Assembly (NCBI GenBank): GCA_030688365.1
Contig: JAUYIE010000004.1
Span: forward strand, 5,931-69,930
Direction of reading: 5' to 3'
Length of the DNA: 64,000 nt
Origin: a bacterium
Lineage (GTDB): Bacteria > Patescibacteriota > Patescibacteriia > JACQRZ01
Below, in pieces: positions 52,618 through 60,327 of this stretch (position 1 is its first letter; every line of letters begins with the position of its first letter). The position numbers and the translations under genes are program-made. The notes under the pieces were generated by a model that had not been told where the DNA came from, did no database searches, and worked only from the letters and a program-made list of their open reading frames with translations.

Positions 52618-52843
52618 ATTTTTTCTCCATACTTGCCCGTGCTTTGAGCGGATTGGTGCGTTTTTTAGGAGTAATGCGACGACCGGACGAAACGAAGTTA
52701 TTCAAGGGAATGAGACGCGCTGCCTTGTTCCCTTTTTCAATCTGCACAGCTACGCGACTATTTTTTCCTAAACGAAGCATATCCCTGATTTCTTTAGGGA
52801 TCGTAATCTGCCCTTTTTGTGTAACGGTGGTATGGTAAGGCAT
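52604..52843 (-). CDS. vapB: AbrB/SpoVT-type antitoxin VapB
   Basis: QKGQITIPKEIRDMLRL swapped-hairpin motif. 14-nt overlap with vapC. Confidence 0.8.
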   Translation of the reverse strand: MPYHTTVTQKGQITIPKEIRDMLRLGKNSRVAVQIEKGNKAARLIPLNNFVSSGRRITPKKRTNPLKARASMEKKYARK

Positions 52844-52879
52844 ATGGGTAAAGTAATACTTACTGTGTATTCCTTACTT

Positions 52880-52908
52880 ATTATGAAACATCCACTTTTG
52901 CATGTCAA
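52880..52908 (-). promoter_or_regulatory. Near-consensus sigma70-like promoter for vapBC (TTGACA-17-CATAAT on the minus strand)
   Basis: Minus strand reads ttgacatgcaaaagtggatgtttcataat, about 40 nt upstream of the vapB start. Confidence 0.4.
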
Positions 52909-52924
52909 GCGGATCAATGAGAAA

Positions 52925-52978
52925 CATGTTAATGTTTAGAACATTAACGTAGCACACGAAAAAAACTGAGGCAAATGT
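52925..52978. repeat. Copy 2 of the approximately 53-bp direct repeat; contains a perfect palindrome GTTAATGTT-TAG-AACATTAAC
   Basis: 9-bp inverted arms with a 3-nt spacer, located just upstream of the vapBC promoter and just downstream of the RT1 stop. The palindrome is degenerate in copy 1. Confidence 0.7.
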
Positions 52979-52979
52979 G

Positions 52980-53984
52980 TTACCCTGTCTCATCCAGTAG
53001 CCAATGATCGTTGAGTATACTTGTCCTTATTTTGTGGGTATTCCCATGTGATAACAGTCCGAGATATGACTGAAGCGTCGCTTCGTTAGAATCATGAGAC
53101 AACTTTTTGAACATTCGCCGTCTTGTTGTCGCCCGCAGTACATGATGATCGGCAAAGTGCACCCAGCCCAAATAATCTACCCCTGACGCAATGGTACGAA
53201 TGCTGACTTTATTGGGATGCAATGAAAGCTTGAGCTTGTCTGATAAAAAATCCTGTATCGGATCAATAGTGCGCTCGAGTATACTTCTATCCTGTGACAA
53301 CAGAACAAAATCATCGGCATATCGGATATAATGTGGCACTCGCATATCGTGCTTGATGTATTGGTCAAATAAATTCATGTATATATTGGCAAACAGTTGC
53401 GATGTAAGATTCCCCAATGGAAGTCCTTTATCACTAGACGATTTAAAACTCCCGATTATTCTTGAAAGCAACCACAATATCTTTCTGTCAGGGATATAAT
53501 CCTCCAATATACAATATAAAACGGCATGATCTATGCTCGCAAAGAATTTTCGTATATCACATTTGAGAACGTAACATGTACGAGTATTGTTCCTGCTTAC
53601 CTTGCACGAGTAAGATGTAAATCGATCCATTGCGCTGTGAGTACCTTTGCCCACACGAGCTGAAAATGAATCAGCGATAAACTTTGTTTCAAAAAAAGGA
53701 TATAATATACGGTGAAGAGCGTGATGTACCACCCGATCGCGCACCTGCGCCTTGTGGATTTCCCGTGATTTTGGATCATTGATATAAAAACGTGTATACG
53801 CGCCATGCATGTACTCACCTGACAATAGCTCCTCATGCAACGCATTGATGTTTTCAAACAGATGATCTCGAAACGCGCGGACATCCCACTTGTTCCGTTT
53901 CCCACATTCAAACTCGAGCCACGCTTCAATCAAATTGTCGTGCGAAATAATATCTTCAAATGTATGTCCCAACAATATTTTCAT
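52980..53984 (-). CDS. Diversity-generating retroelement reverse transcriptase (DGR RT1)
   Basis: RT domains 1-7, with the DGR-specific LPLGNLTSQ (GxxxSQ) replacing the group II intron QGxxxSP, plus YIRYADDFV. 334 aa. A cognate TR/VR pair lies nearby. Confidence 0.9.
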   Translation of the reverse strand: MKILLGHTFEDIISHDNLIEAWLEFECGKRNKWDVRAFRDHLFENINALHEELLSGEYMHGAYTRFYINDPKSREIHKAQVRDRVVHHALHRILYPFFETKFIADSFSARVGKGTHSAMDRFTSYSCKVSRNNTRTCYVLKCDIRKFFASIDHAVLYCILEDYIPDRKILWLLSRIIGSFKSSSDKGLPLGNLTSQLFANIYMNLFDQYIKHDMRVPHYIRYADDFVLLSQDRSILERTIDPIQDFLSDKLKLSLHPNKVSIRTIASGVDYLGWVHFADHHVLRATTRRRMFKKLSHDSNEATLQSYLGLLSHGNTHKIRTSILNDHWLLDETG

Positions 53985-54002
53985 AAAAATCCATTAAGGA
54001 AT

Positions 54003-54010
54003 CCCCCCCC
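54003..54010. repeat. Poly-C homopolymer (8 nt) in the divergent RT1-avd1 intergenic region
   Basis: cccccccc read directly. The equivalent tract in DGR2 is 10 nt. Confidence 0.9.
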
Positions 54011-54031
54011 AAGGCGTCACAAATTCCTATT

Positions 54032-54388
54032 TTGCAAAAAGCCGTAGAAACATACAAACTATGGCATTTGTTCTTACAGCAGATGCCTCGTCTTACTCGA
54101 TTTAGTCTTGGTACAAAAATCGACATATTGTTTACCGACACGTTACAGCTCATGCTCTCTGCGAAATACGCACCACGAGAACAAAAGCTGGAATACATAC
54201 GAACATTGTGCACCAACATAGATGCCATCAAATTCTTTTTGCAAATCGCGTTTGAGCTCAAGGCATTAAGCGCTAAAAAATATTCCAGTGTGTCCATACC
54301 TCTGGAAGAGATCGGAAAAATGGTCGGCGGGTGGAAAAAACAGCTGGAAAAAGAAAATCCTGCCACAAAAACTTCATGGCAGGAATGA
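54032..54388 (+). CDS. avd: Avd-like accessory variability determinant (four-helix-bundle protein, TIGR02436-like), predicted TTG start
   Basis: About 118 aa helical protein with C-terminal IPLEEIGKMVGGWKKQL, matching the Avd/23S-IVS four-helix-bundle family. Paralog at 62879-63295. Adjacent to RT and TR. Confidence 0.8.
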   Translation: MQKAVETYKLWHLFLQQMPRLTRFSLGTKIDILFTDTLQLMLSAKYAPREQKLEYIRTLCTNIDAIKFFLQIAFELKALSAKKYSSVSIPLEEIGKMVGGWKKQLEKENPATKTSWQE

Positions 54389-54399
54389 TACGAGAGAGT

Positions 54400-54523
54400 T
54401 GCTCGAACGCAAGGAAACGATAGTTGTCATTCCAATCACCAGCCAGCTTGTTGAGGTTGAGCTTACGCTTGTCGTTGTTCCTGTTCAACACAGGAGCACA
54501 CAGATCACCGTTCTCATTGCGAA
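54400..54523 (-). repeat. DGR1 template repeat (TR1), 124 bp
   Basis: Aligns base-for-base (offset +499) with 54899-55022. All 20 mismatches are T in TR on the plus strand (A on the minus strand) versus C/G/A in VR. Confidence 0.85.
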
Positions 54524-54785
54524 AATGCACGGAATATCATCTTTGACACCACCCTTTGACTCGCCATCTGGCACATTCTCGGGGTTGAATCGTATTCGGG
54601 GCATTTCAGCCCGCCAATATTCCGCACCAAGTCTCTTCGTAATCGCGAAGCAATCGGGCACACGCTGTATGGTAACAAAAAACGCCATACATTCCGGCTT
54701 CCCAAAAAGCTCCAGAGTTCGACCGCCATGAAGTCGTAACGACATGGATACTTCTCTACTTTCCAAAACTCAGTATATCACGCTG

Positions 54786-54821
54786 AATAAAAAATCCCTT
54801 AATAGTTTGTTCTATCAAGGG
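54786..54821 (-). terminator. Rho-independent terminator downstream of the DGR1 target gene
   Basis: Minus strand: CCCUUGAUAG-aacaaa-CUAUUAAGGG stem (one G-U pair) followed by AUUUUUUAUU. Confidence 0.5.
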
Positions 54822-54876
54822 AAGATAAGGGTCTAAAAATTCAAATTCTATTTCTAAACACTGAGGGACCCAGAGT

Positions 54877-55518
54877 CTAAGTGCCTTCCGAAGAAACCTG
54901 CTCGAACGCAAGGAAACGATAGTTGCCACTCCAATCACCAGCCAGCCCGTGGAGGCCGAGCAACCGCCAGTCGTTGAGCCCGTCCAACACAGGAGCACAC
55001 AGAACACCGCGCCCATCGCGAATTTCAATACCCATCAAACAAACGATTGGATATTTTAATTGTTCATCGGGGTTGTTTATGGCGTACTGTAATATTCTGG
55101 CAGGAGTAGCCTTGATCAAACCTTTTTCTTCGATCTTTTTTTCTGCATCTTCAGTCGAAATTTTTCCCAGATCAAGGATACGGACTTTTAACATTTCTAC
55201 ACCGACAGCTGGATCTATCGGAAACGTTTTTTCATTGATGTGACTGTTTACATAATAAAAATTTACGATTTTGATTTGATCGGAAAAACTCTTGTTGTTA
55301 TCAACTATTATGAGTCCAGAATTATCAACTTTCTTCGAAATTTCATTCAATGAACCGACAATAATTTGAGCAACCTTTTTCCTGCGGTCTGTGTCTTTCA
55401 AATACGCGTCTATGTGGTCATCTGTACCACCTTCATCCAGAATATCATTAAAGATAATTTTCACTACCTCAAAGATCTTTCCGAACAGTTTCAGATAACC
55501 ACTTGTTTTTTTAGCCAT
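54877..55518 (-). CDS. DGR1 variable (target) protein, 213 aa, no signal peptide; VR encodes the C-terminal roughly 41 aa
   Basis: Full ORF. The C-terminus IRDGRGVLCAPVLDGLNDWRLLGLHGLAGDWSGNYRFLAFEQ corresponds to the TR-encoded NENGDLCAPVLNRNNDKRKLNLNKLAGDWNDNYRFLAFEQ. Confidence 0.85.
   Translation of the reverse strand: MAKKTSGYLKLFGKIFEVVKIIFNDILDEGGTDDHIDAYLKDTDRRKKVAQIIVGSLNEISKKVDNSGLIIVDNNKSFSDQIKIVNFYYVNSHINEKTFPIDPAVGVEMLKVRILDLGKISTEDAEKKIEEKGLIKATPARILQYAINNPDEQLKYPIVCLMGIEIRDGRGVLCAPVLDGLNDWRLLGLHGLAGDWSGNYRFLAFEQVSSEGT
54899..55022 (-). repeat. DGR1 variable repeat (VR1)
   Basis: See TR1. The 3' end (low coordinate) has a 26-nt invariant block (putative IMH) ending 22 nt before the stop codon. 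Confidence 0.85.
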
Positions 55519-55724
55519 TTTAATGTACTCCTATTTTCGCCTACTCCTTGCTTTTCCCCTATTTTAGGGTTAGACCTAGAGCTTGCACTTATATATAACA
55601 ATACTAAGATACTTGCATATTTTACCGATTTTGTCAAGATTATGACCACCAAAAGCTTATATTTCGAAAGTGAACGAGTATTATTGAGTATGAGAAAGAG
55701 CTGACAGATATACTGAAGGGCTGT

Positions 55725-55842
55725 TTGATTTCTCTTTTAAAAATTTTATGAGCGAGTCAAGTGTTGGGAAGAAAAGTTGAAACGAGCGAATAGAAGTGAG
55801 GAGGGAGACTTACCTACTCGTTACCACCACCGTCGCCGAACG
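55725..55842. mobile_element. MITE-like element, copy 1: 118 bp with perfect 19-bp terminal inverted repeats (TTGATTTCTCTTTTAAAAA)
   Basis: Left TIR 55725-55743, right TIR 55824-55842 (exact reverse complement). The core is about 80 percent identical to the reverse complement of the core at 61784-61883. Confidence 0.7.
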
Positions 55843-55891
55843 CTTTTTAAAAGAGAAATCAAATACCCCGCTCAAGCAGGACAAACACTCC

Positions 55892-56650
55892 CTATCTCCC
55901 CTTCACCTCAATCCCCACCGGACAATGATCTGATCCCATGATATGTGGTAAGATCGCCACGCTTTTTATAGACGGTAAAAATGATTCTGATACGCAAAAA
56001 TAATCTATCCGCCAGCCAATATTTCTCTGACGTGCCCCTGCCATATAACTCCACCATGTGTACTTATCAGGACTCTCATCAAAGGCGCGGTAACTATCTA
56101 CAAACCCAGCAGAGACAATATTATCAAATCCACCCCGTTCTTCATCAGTAAATCCCGCATTACGACGATTGCTTGCTGGGTTAGCCAAGTCTATCTCTTT
56201 ATGAGCAACATTGAGATCTCCCCCAAAGATCACCGGCTTTTTTGCTTCCAGATATTTGAGATACGCCAAAAAATCTCGATCCCATTGCATACGATATGAT
56301 AGGCGTACGAGATCGCGACGTGAGTTGGGGGTGTACACCGTCACAAGATAGTATTGTGGAAATTCAAGAGTGATGACTCTCCCTTCTTGATCATGACCCG
56401 CGATACCGATACCATGCGCCACGCCGATTGGTTTTTTTCTACTAAAAATGGCAGTCCCCGAGTACCCTTTTTTCTCCGCTGAATTCCAATAATGATGGGG
56501 GTATTCTTTCAAAATCTCATCCACCTGCGATTGGTGCGCTTTTGTTTCTTGGATACACAAAACATCGGGTGCTTCCGCATCCACAAAATCCAAAAAACCT
56601 TTTCCGAGAATAGCTCGGATGCCATTTACATTCCACGAAATAATTTTCAT
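55892..56650 (-). CDS. xth: Exodeoxyribonuclease III (AP endonuclease)
   Basis: [14 protein letters not shown]-terminus and EEP-fold catalytic motifs (IQETK, GDLNV, DH). Confidence 0.9.
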   Translation of the reverse strand: MKIISWNVNGIRAILGKGFLDFVDAEAPDVLCIQETKAHQSQVDEILKEYPHHYWNSAEKKGYSGTAIFSRKKPIGVAHGIGIAGHDQEGRVITLEFPQYYLVTVYTPNSRRDLVRLSYRMQWDRDFLAYLKYLEAKKPVIFGGDLNVAHKEIDLANPASNRRNAGFTDEERGGFDNIVSAGFVDSYRAFDESPDKYTWWSYMAGARQRNIGWRIDYFCVSESFLPSIKSVAILPHIMGSDHCPVGIEVKGR

Positions 56651-56656
56651 AATAGT

Positions 56657-58831
56657 TTATTCTTCCTGTTTCTCGGGAGTGGGTTCGCCATCAGCACCTG
56701 TAGGTTTTTCCCATGACGCGTAGGTGCACTCCGGATATTTATCGCATCCATAAAACATCTTACCGCGTTTTGTTTTCTTTTCTACAACCTGACCTTTACC
56801 ACAATCGGGACATACGATACCCAGTTTTTTCAAACTCAATGAGCGGATGCTTTTGCATTCAGGATATTTACTGCATCCCAAAAACTTCCCAAACCGTCCT
56901 GTCTTGATGACCATCGGCGCTCCGCACTTATCACACGGTTCCGCTTCTTCAATCGCTTTCTTATCTTCCTCTTGTTCTTCTTTGGATTCAATCGGCTTGG
57001 TATTTTTACATTCCGGATAGCCGGTGCAAGCAAAAAATCTTCCAAAGCGACCAATCTTACTCACCATCGGCTTACCGCATTTATCACATACTTCATCGCT
57101 CACCTCTTCCGTGAGTTCCTTTTTTGAGAGCTCTTTATCTTTTTCTCCGAGTAATTTTTTGAACGGGGTATAAAACTCGCGAATGACCGGTACCCAATCC
57201 TTTTTACCATTTGCGACTTCATCGAGATCATCTTCCATGCGAGCGGTAAACTCGTAATCCACGATCTGTGGAAAATGCTCCATCAAAATATCATTCACCA
57301 GCGTTGCCATTTCTGTCGGCTTAAGGCGTCCTTCTTCTTTGATGACATATTTGCGCTCCACGATCGTGCTGATCGTCGGTGCATAGGTGGATGGACGACC
57401 AACACCATGTTCTTCAAGTACTTTGACCAGCCCTGCTTCACTGTATCGTGCAGGTGGTTTGGTAAAATGCTGCTCTGGATCAAATTTTAAAAGATCAAGG
57501 GCGTCATCTTTCTTCACAGCTGGAAGCAGTACTTCTTCTCTATCGGTCTGATACACGCGGGTAAATCCATCAAATTTTTCAATCTGACCGGTAGCACGAA
57601 AAACATACCCGGTAGACTTCTTACTTTTGAGAGTATCAATATCAATCGTCGTCGCTTCATATAGCGCATCCGGCATCTGACTCGCCACACTGCGTCGCCA
57701 TATCAGGTCATAAAGCTTGAATTGAGCGTCAGTGAGGTGTGCTTTCACTGATTCAGGTGTTCGCGACACGAGAGTCGGTCTTATGGCCTCATGTGCCTCT
57801 TGAGCGAGCTTGGATTTTGTCGCATATTTCTTTTCTCCTTTAGCATACTGTGTACCGTATTCAGATTTGATCACTTCTTGTGCTTCAGACAAAAACTTCT
57901 CGGAAAGGTTTACCGAGTCAGTACGCATATAGGTGATATATCCACCATCTTCTTCCGAACCTGCTTCAATACCTTCATAGAGTTGTTGAGCAAACATCAT
58001 GGTCTGCTTTGGTGAAAATCGTAAGCGACGGTTTGCGTCTTGTTGCAACGTAGAGGTAGTAAACGGCGTTGGCGGTTTGCGTGACGTATCTTTCATCGTG
58101 ACTTCTTTGACTGTGTAGTCCGCGCTTTCCAATTTTTTTAAAATATCTTGTGCATCTTTTTCATTTGAAATCTCAAACTTATCAAGCGTCTTTCCATCAT
58201 AGGCGTGCAAACTCGCATGAAATGAAACCGTGGTCTTGTCAGCAACATCAATCTCAATAGTCCAATATTCTTGCGGTACAAACGCTTCTATTTCCTTTTC
58301 ACGTTCCACAACCAACCGCACGGCGACGGATTGCACGCGTCCGGCGGATAGACCTTTGGCTACCTTCCTCCACAAAAATGGCGAGAGTTCATATCCCACC
58401 AGACGATCAAGCACACGACGCGCTTGTTGCGCATCTACCAAATCAAGATTTATCTGGCCTGCGTGTTCCAAGGCATCCATGACTGCCGTCTTTGTAATTT
58501 CATGAAATGCAATACGCTTGATCTTATCTTTTGGTACTTTCAAAATCTCTTGCAAATGCCATGAAATAGCTTCCCCTTCACGGTCTTGATCAGTTGCGAA
58601 ATAGACATCATCAGACGCTTTGGCAAGTTTCTTCAACTCGGTCGCGCGTTTTTGATTTGCTTTGGGGATAACATAATGCGGGGCGAAATCATGTTCAATA
58701 TCTACCCCCATCTCGCTTTTTGGAAGATCGCGAATATGACCAAAAGAAGACTCCACGCGGTAGTCTTTGCCTAAAAATTTGCTGATTGTTTTTGCTTTCG
58801 TTGGAGACTCAACGATGACCAAATGTTTCAT
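56657..58831 (-). CDS. topA: DNA topoisomerase I
   Basis: Toprim N-terminus (LVIVESPTKAK). Catalytic Tyr region. Three C-terminal C4 zinc ribbons. Confidence 0.95.
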   Translation of the reverse strand: MKHLVIVESPTKAKTISKFLGKDYRVESSFGHIRDLPKSEMGVDIEHDFAPHYVIPKANQKRATELKKLAKASDDVYFATDQDREGEAISWHLQEILKVPKDKIKRIAFHEITKTAVMDALEHAGQINLDLVDAQQARRVLDRLVGYELSPFLWRKVAKGLSAGRVQSVAVRLVVEREKEIEAFVPQEYWTIEIDVADKTTVSFHASLHAYDGKTLDKFEISNEKDAQDILKKLESADYTVKEVTMKDTSRKPPTPFTTSTLQQDANRRLRFSPKQTMMFAQQLYEGIEAGSEEDGGYITYMRTDSVNLSEKFLSEAQEVIKSEYGTQYAKGEKKYATKSKLAQEAHEAIRPTLVSRTPESVKAHLTDAQFKLYDLIWRRSVASQMPDALYEATTIDIDTLKSKKSTGYVFRATGQIEKFDGFTRVYQTDREEVLLPAVKKDDALDLLKFDPEQHFTKPPARYSEAGLVKVLEEHGVGRPSTYAPTISTIVERKYVIKEEGRLKPTEMATLVNDILMEHFPQIVDYEFTARMEDDLDEVANGKKDWVPVIREFYTPFKKLLGEKDKELSKKELTEEVSDEVCDKCGKPMVSKIGRFGRFFACTGYPECKNTKPIESKEEQEEDKKAIEEAEPCDKCGAPMVIKTGRFGKFLGCSKYPECKSIRSLSLKKLGIVCPDCGKGQVVEKKTKRGKMFYGCDKYPECTYASWEKPTGADGEPTPEKQEE

Positions 58832-58843
58832 AGCTCTTTGTTA

Positions 58844-59746
58844 TTATATCTTTACATAATACATACTTCCGACGTTTCGCACTACCCCTCGCATTTCCAG
58901 CATCAGCAGTGCGCTACTGACTATGTGGCTTTCACGCTTACATATTTGGATGAGAGTGTCAATATGGACGGGATCACTGCTCATGACCGCCAGTATACTT
59001 GCCTCAACCTCATTTTCCGGGTTACTCTCGGGTCTGGCGTATTCTTTGGGCAATGATAAAAACTCAAACGTGTCAAAAATATCTTGTAGACACGTGACAA
59101 GCTTAGCACCTTTTTTGATCAACATATGAGGACCTTCGGAAAGCGGATCAGTGAGCGGGCCGGGTAAGGCAAACACTTCCCTATTTTGTTCCAACGCACA
59201 CTGCGCGGTGATTAGCGACCCTGATCGTGCCAGTCCTTGAGCAACCAAAACACCAAGAGACATACCGGCGATGATACGATTACGAAGTGGGAAAGAATAC
59301 TTGGCAGGATGCATACCGGGTGGTGATTCTGATACCACCACTCCGCCGTTTTCTATAATACGATGCGCCAAACCCAGATGATCAGCCGGATACATACTCT
59401 CGTCATCAACACCACCACCCACTACAGCGATAGTCGTACCACCGACTTCTAGCGTGCTTTCATGCGCTAACGCGTCCACGCCATAGGCAAGTCCACTCAC
59501 CACAACAAGACCGCTTCGTGCCATATCATGCACCAACGGCGGTAAAATATTTTTACCATAGACACTCATCTTGCGACTACCTACCACGCCAATACCGTGC
59601 CACGGTTGTTTTGGCCATGTCCCACGATACCACAGCTTCTCCGGCGCGCCATGTATTTCTTTCAAAAGTGGCGGATAATCAGGATCGTCAATACTGCATA
59701 CCTTGATGCCTTGTTTTTGTTCTTGCACCTGCGAGTCAACGAGCAT
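58844..59746 (-). CDS. dprA: DNA processing protein A (DprA/Smf)
   Basis: Rossmann-like DprA core (VVVSGLAYGVDALAHESTL...IAVVGGGVD). C-terminal winged helix. Confidence 0.85.
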   Translation of the reverse strand: MLVDSQVQEQKQGIKVCSIDDPDYPPLLKEIHGAPEKLWYRGTWPKQPWHGIGVVGSRKMSVYGKNILPPLVHDMARSGLVVVSGLAYGVDALAHESTLEVGGTTIAVVGGGVDDESMYPADHLGLAHRIIENGGVVVSESPPGMHPAKYSFPLRNRIIAGMSLGVLVAQGLARSGSLITAQCALEQNREVFALPGPLTDPLSEGPHMLIKKGAKLVTCLQDIFDTFEFLSLPKEYARPESNPENEVEASILAVMSSDPVHIDTLIQICKRESHIVSSALLMLEMRGVVRNVGSMYYVKI

Positions 59747-59763
59747 GGAACCATGATAAAAAA

Positions 59764-60327
59764 TTACAAACTCAATTCAAGTCCTTTTTTGATAGTTTCA
59801 AAAACTTCTGGAAGCGCTTTTTTTTCTGTCGCAGAAAACTTACCCAAAACAAACTTTTCTCCTGATATTGTCACTGGTCTTTCAGATGCGACACCAATAC
59901 GCATACGACTAAATTCTTTCGTACCGAGCAAATCAATTATATTTTGCACACCATTGTGTCCTGCCGATGAACGGTTGTGACTTATTTTTATTTTTCCAAA
60001 TGGGATATCTAGTTCATCATGGCTAATCCAAATGTCTTTTGTGATATCGATCGTGCGATGATAGGAAAGATATTTTTTTACCGATGTGCCGGAAAGATTC
60101 ATGAACGTCAATGGCTTGAGAAATGTTATTGACTCATGCTTACCATCATCCCTTGTATATTTTGTTTCGTATGCGATATAAGTCTTGTCTTTTGAGATGC
60201 TTGGTTTTTCGATACGGCCTTCTTCCAGCCATTTTTCCATCAAATAATCTACAGCAAGAAAGCCCGCGTTGTGGCGGGTCGTTTCATACTCTGTGCCAGG
60301 ATTTCCTAAACCTACGATAAGTTTCAT
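59764..60327 (-). CDS. pth: Peptidyl-tRNA hydrolase
   Basis: MKLIVGLGNPG..YE.TRHNAGF signature. Confidence 0.9.
   Translation of the reverse strand: MKLIVGLGNPGTEYETTRHNAGFLAVDYLMEKWLEEGRIEKPSISKDKTYIAYETKYTRDDGKHESITFLKPLTFMNLSGTSVKKYLSYHRTIDITKDIWISHDELDIPFGKIKISHNRSSAGHNGVQNIIDLLGTKEFSRMRIGVASERPVTISGEKFVLGKFSATEKKALPEVFETIKKGLELSL

Noticed and set aside
52980-53984. Reverse transcriptase as group II intron maturase or retron RT
   Set aside because: Motif 4 is LPLGNLTSQ (the DGR-type GxxxSQ), not QGxxxSP. There is no intron RNA domain V/VI context, no maturase/X or endonuclease domain, the protein is only 334 aa, and a TR/VR pair with adenine-specific mismatches lies within 1.5 kb.
53956-54366. 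136-aa minus-strand ORF overlapping avd1 (and the analogous 63007-63444 ORF overlapping avd2)
   Set aside because: Low-complexity, Cys/Ser-rich translation (SSCFFHPPTIFPISSRG). It overlaps the RT start in another frame. The plus-strand frame gives a helical Avd-like protein conserved between the two loci. The 63007-63444 ORF is simply TR2 read through into antisense avd2.
54273-54530. 85-aa minus-strand ORF beginning exactly at TR1
   Set aside because: It is the template repeat, a non-coding copy of the target C-terminus that naturally keeps an open frame. It starts at GTG and has no RBS. The sequence downstream of the repeat is junk.
54288-54766. Several 70-150 aa ORFs in the TR1-VR1 spacer (54288-54731 +, 54485-54766 -, 54514-54729 -)
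   Set aside because: Mutually overlapping, no RBS, unusual composition. The region is better explained as the DGR spacer containing the TR and a terminator.
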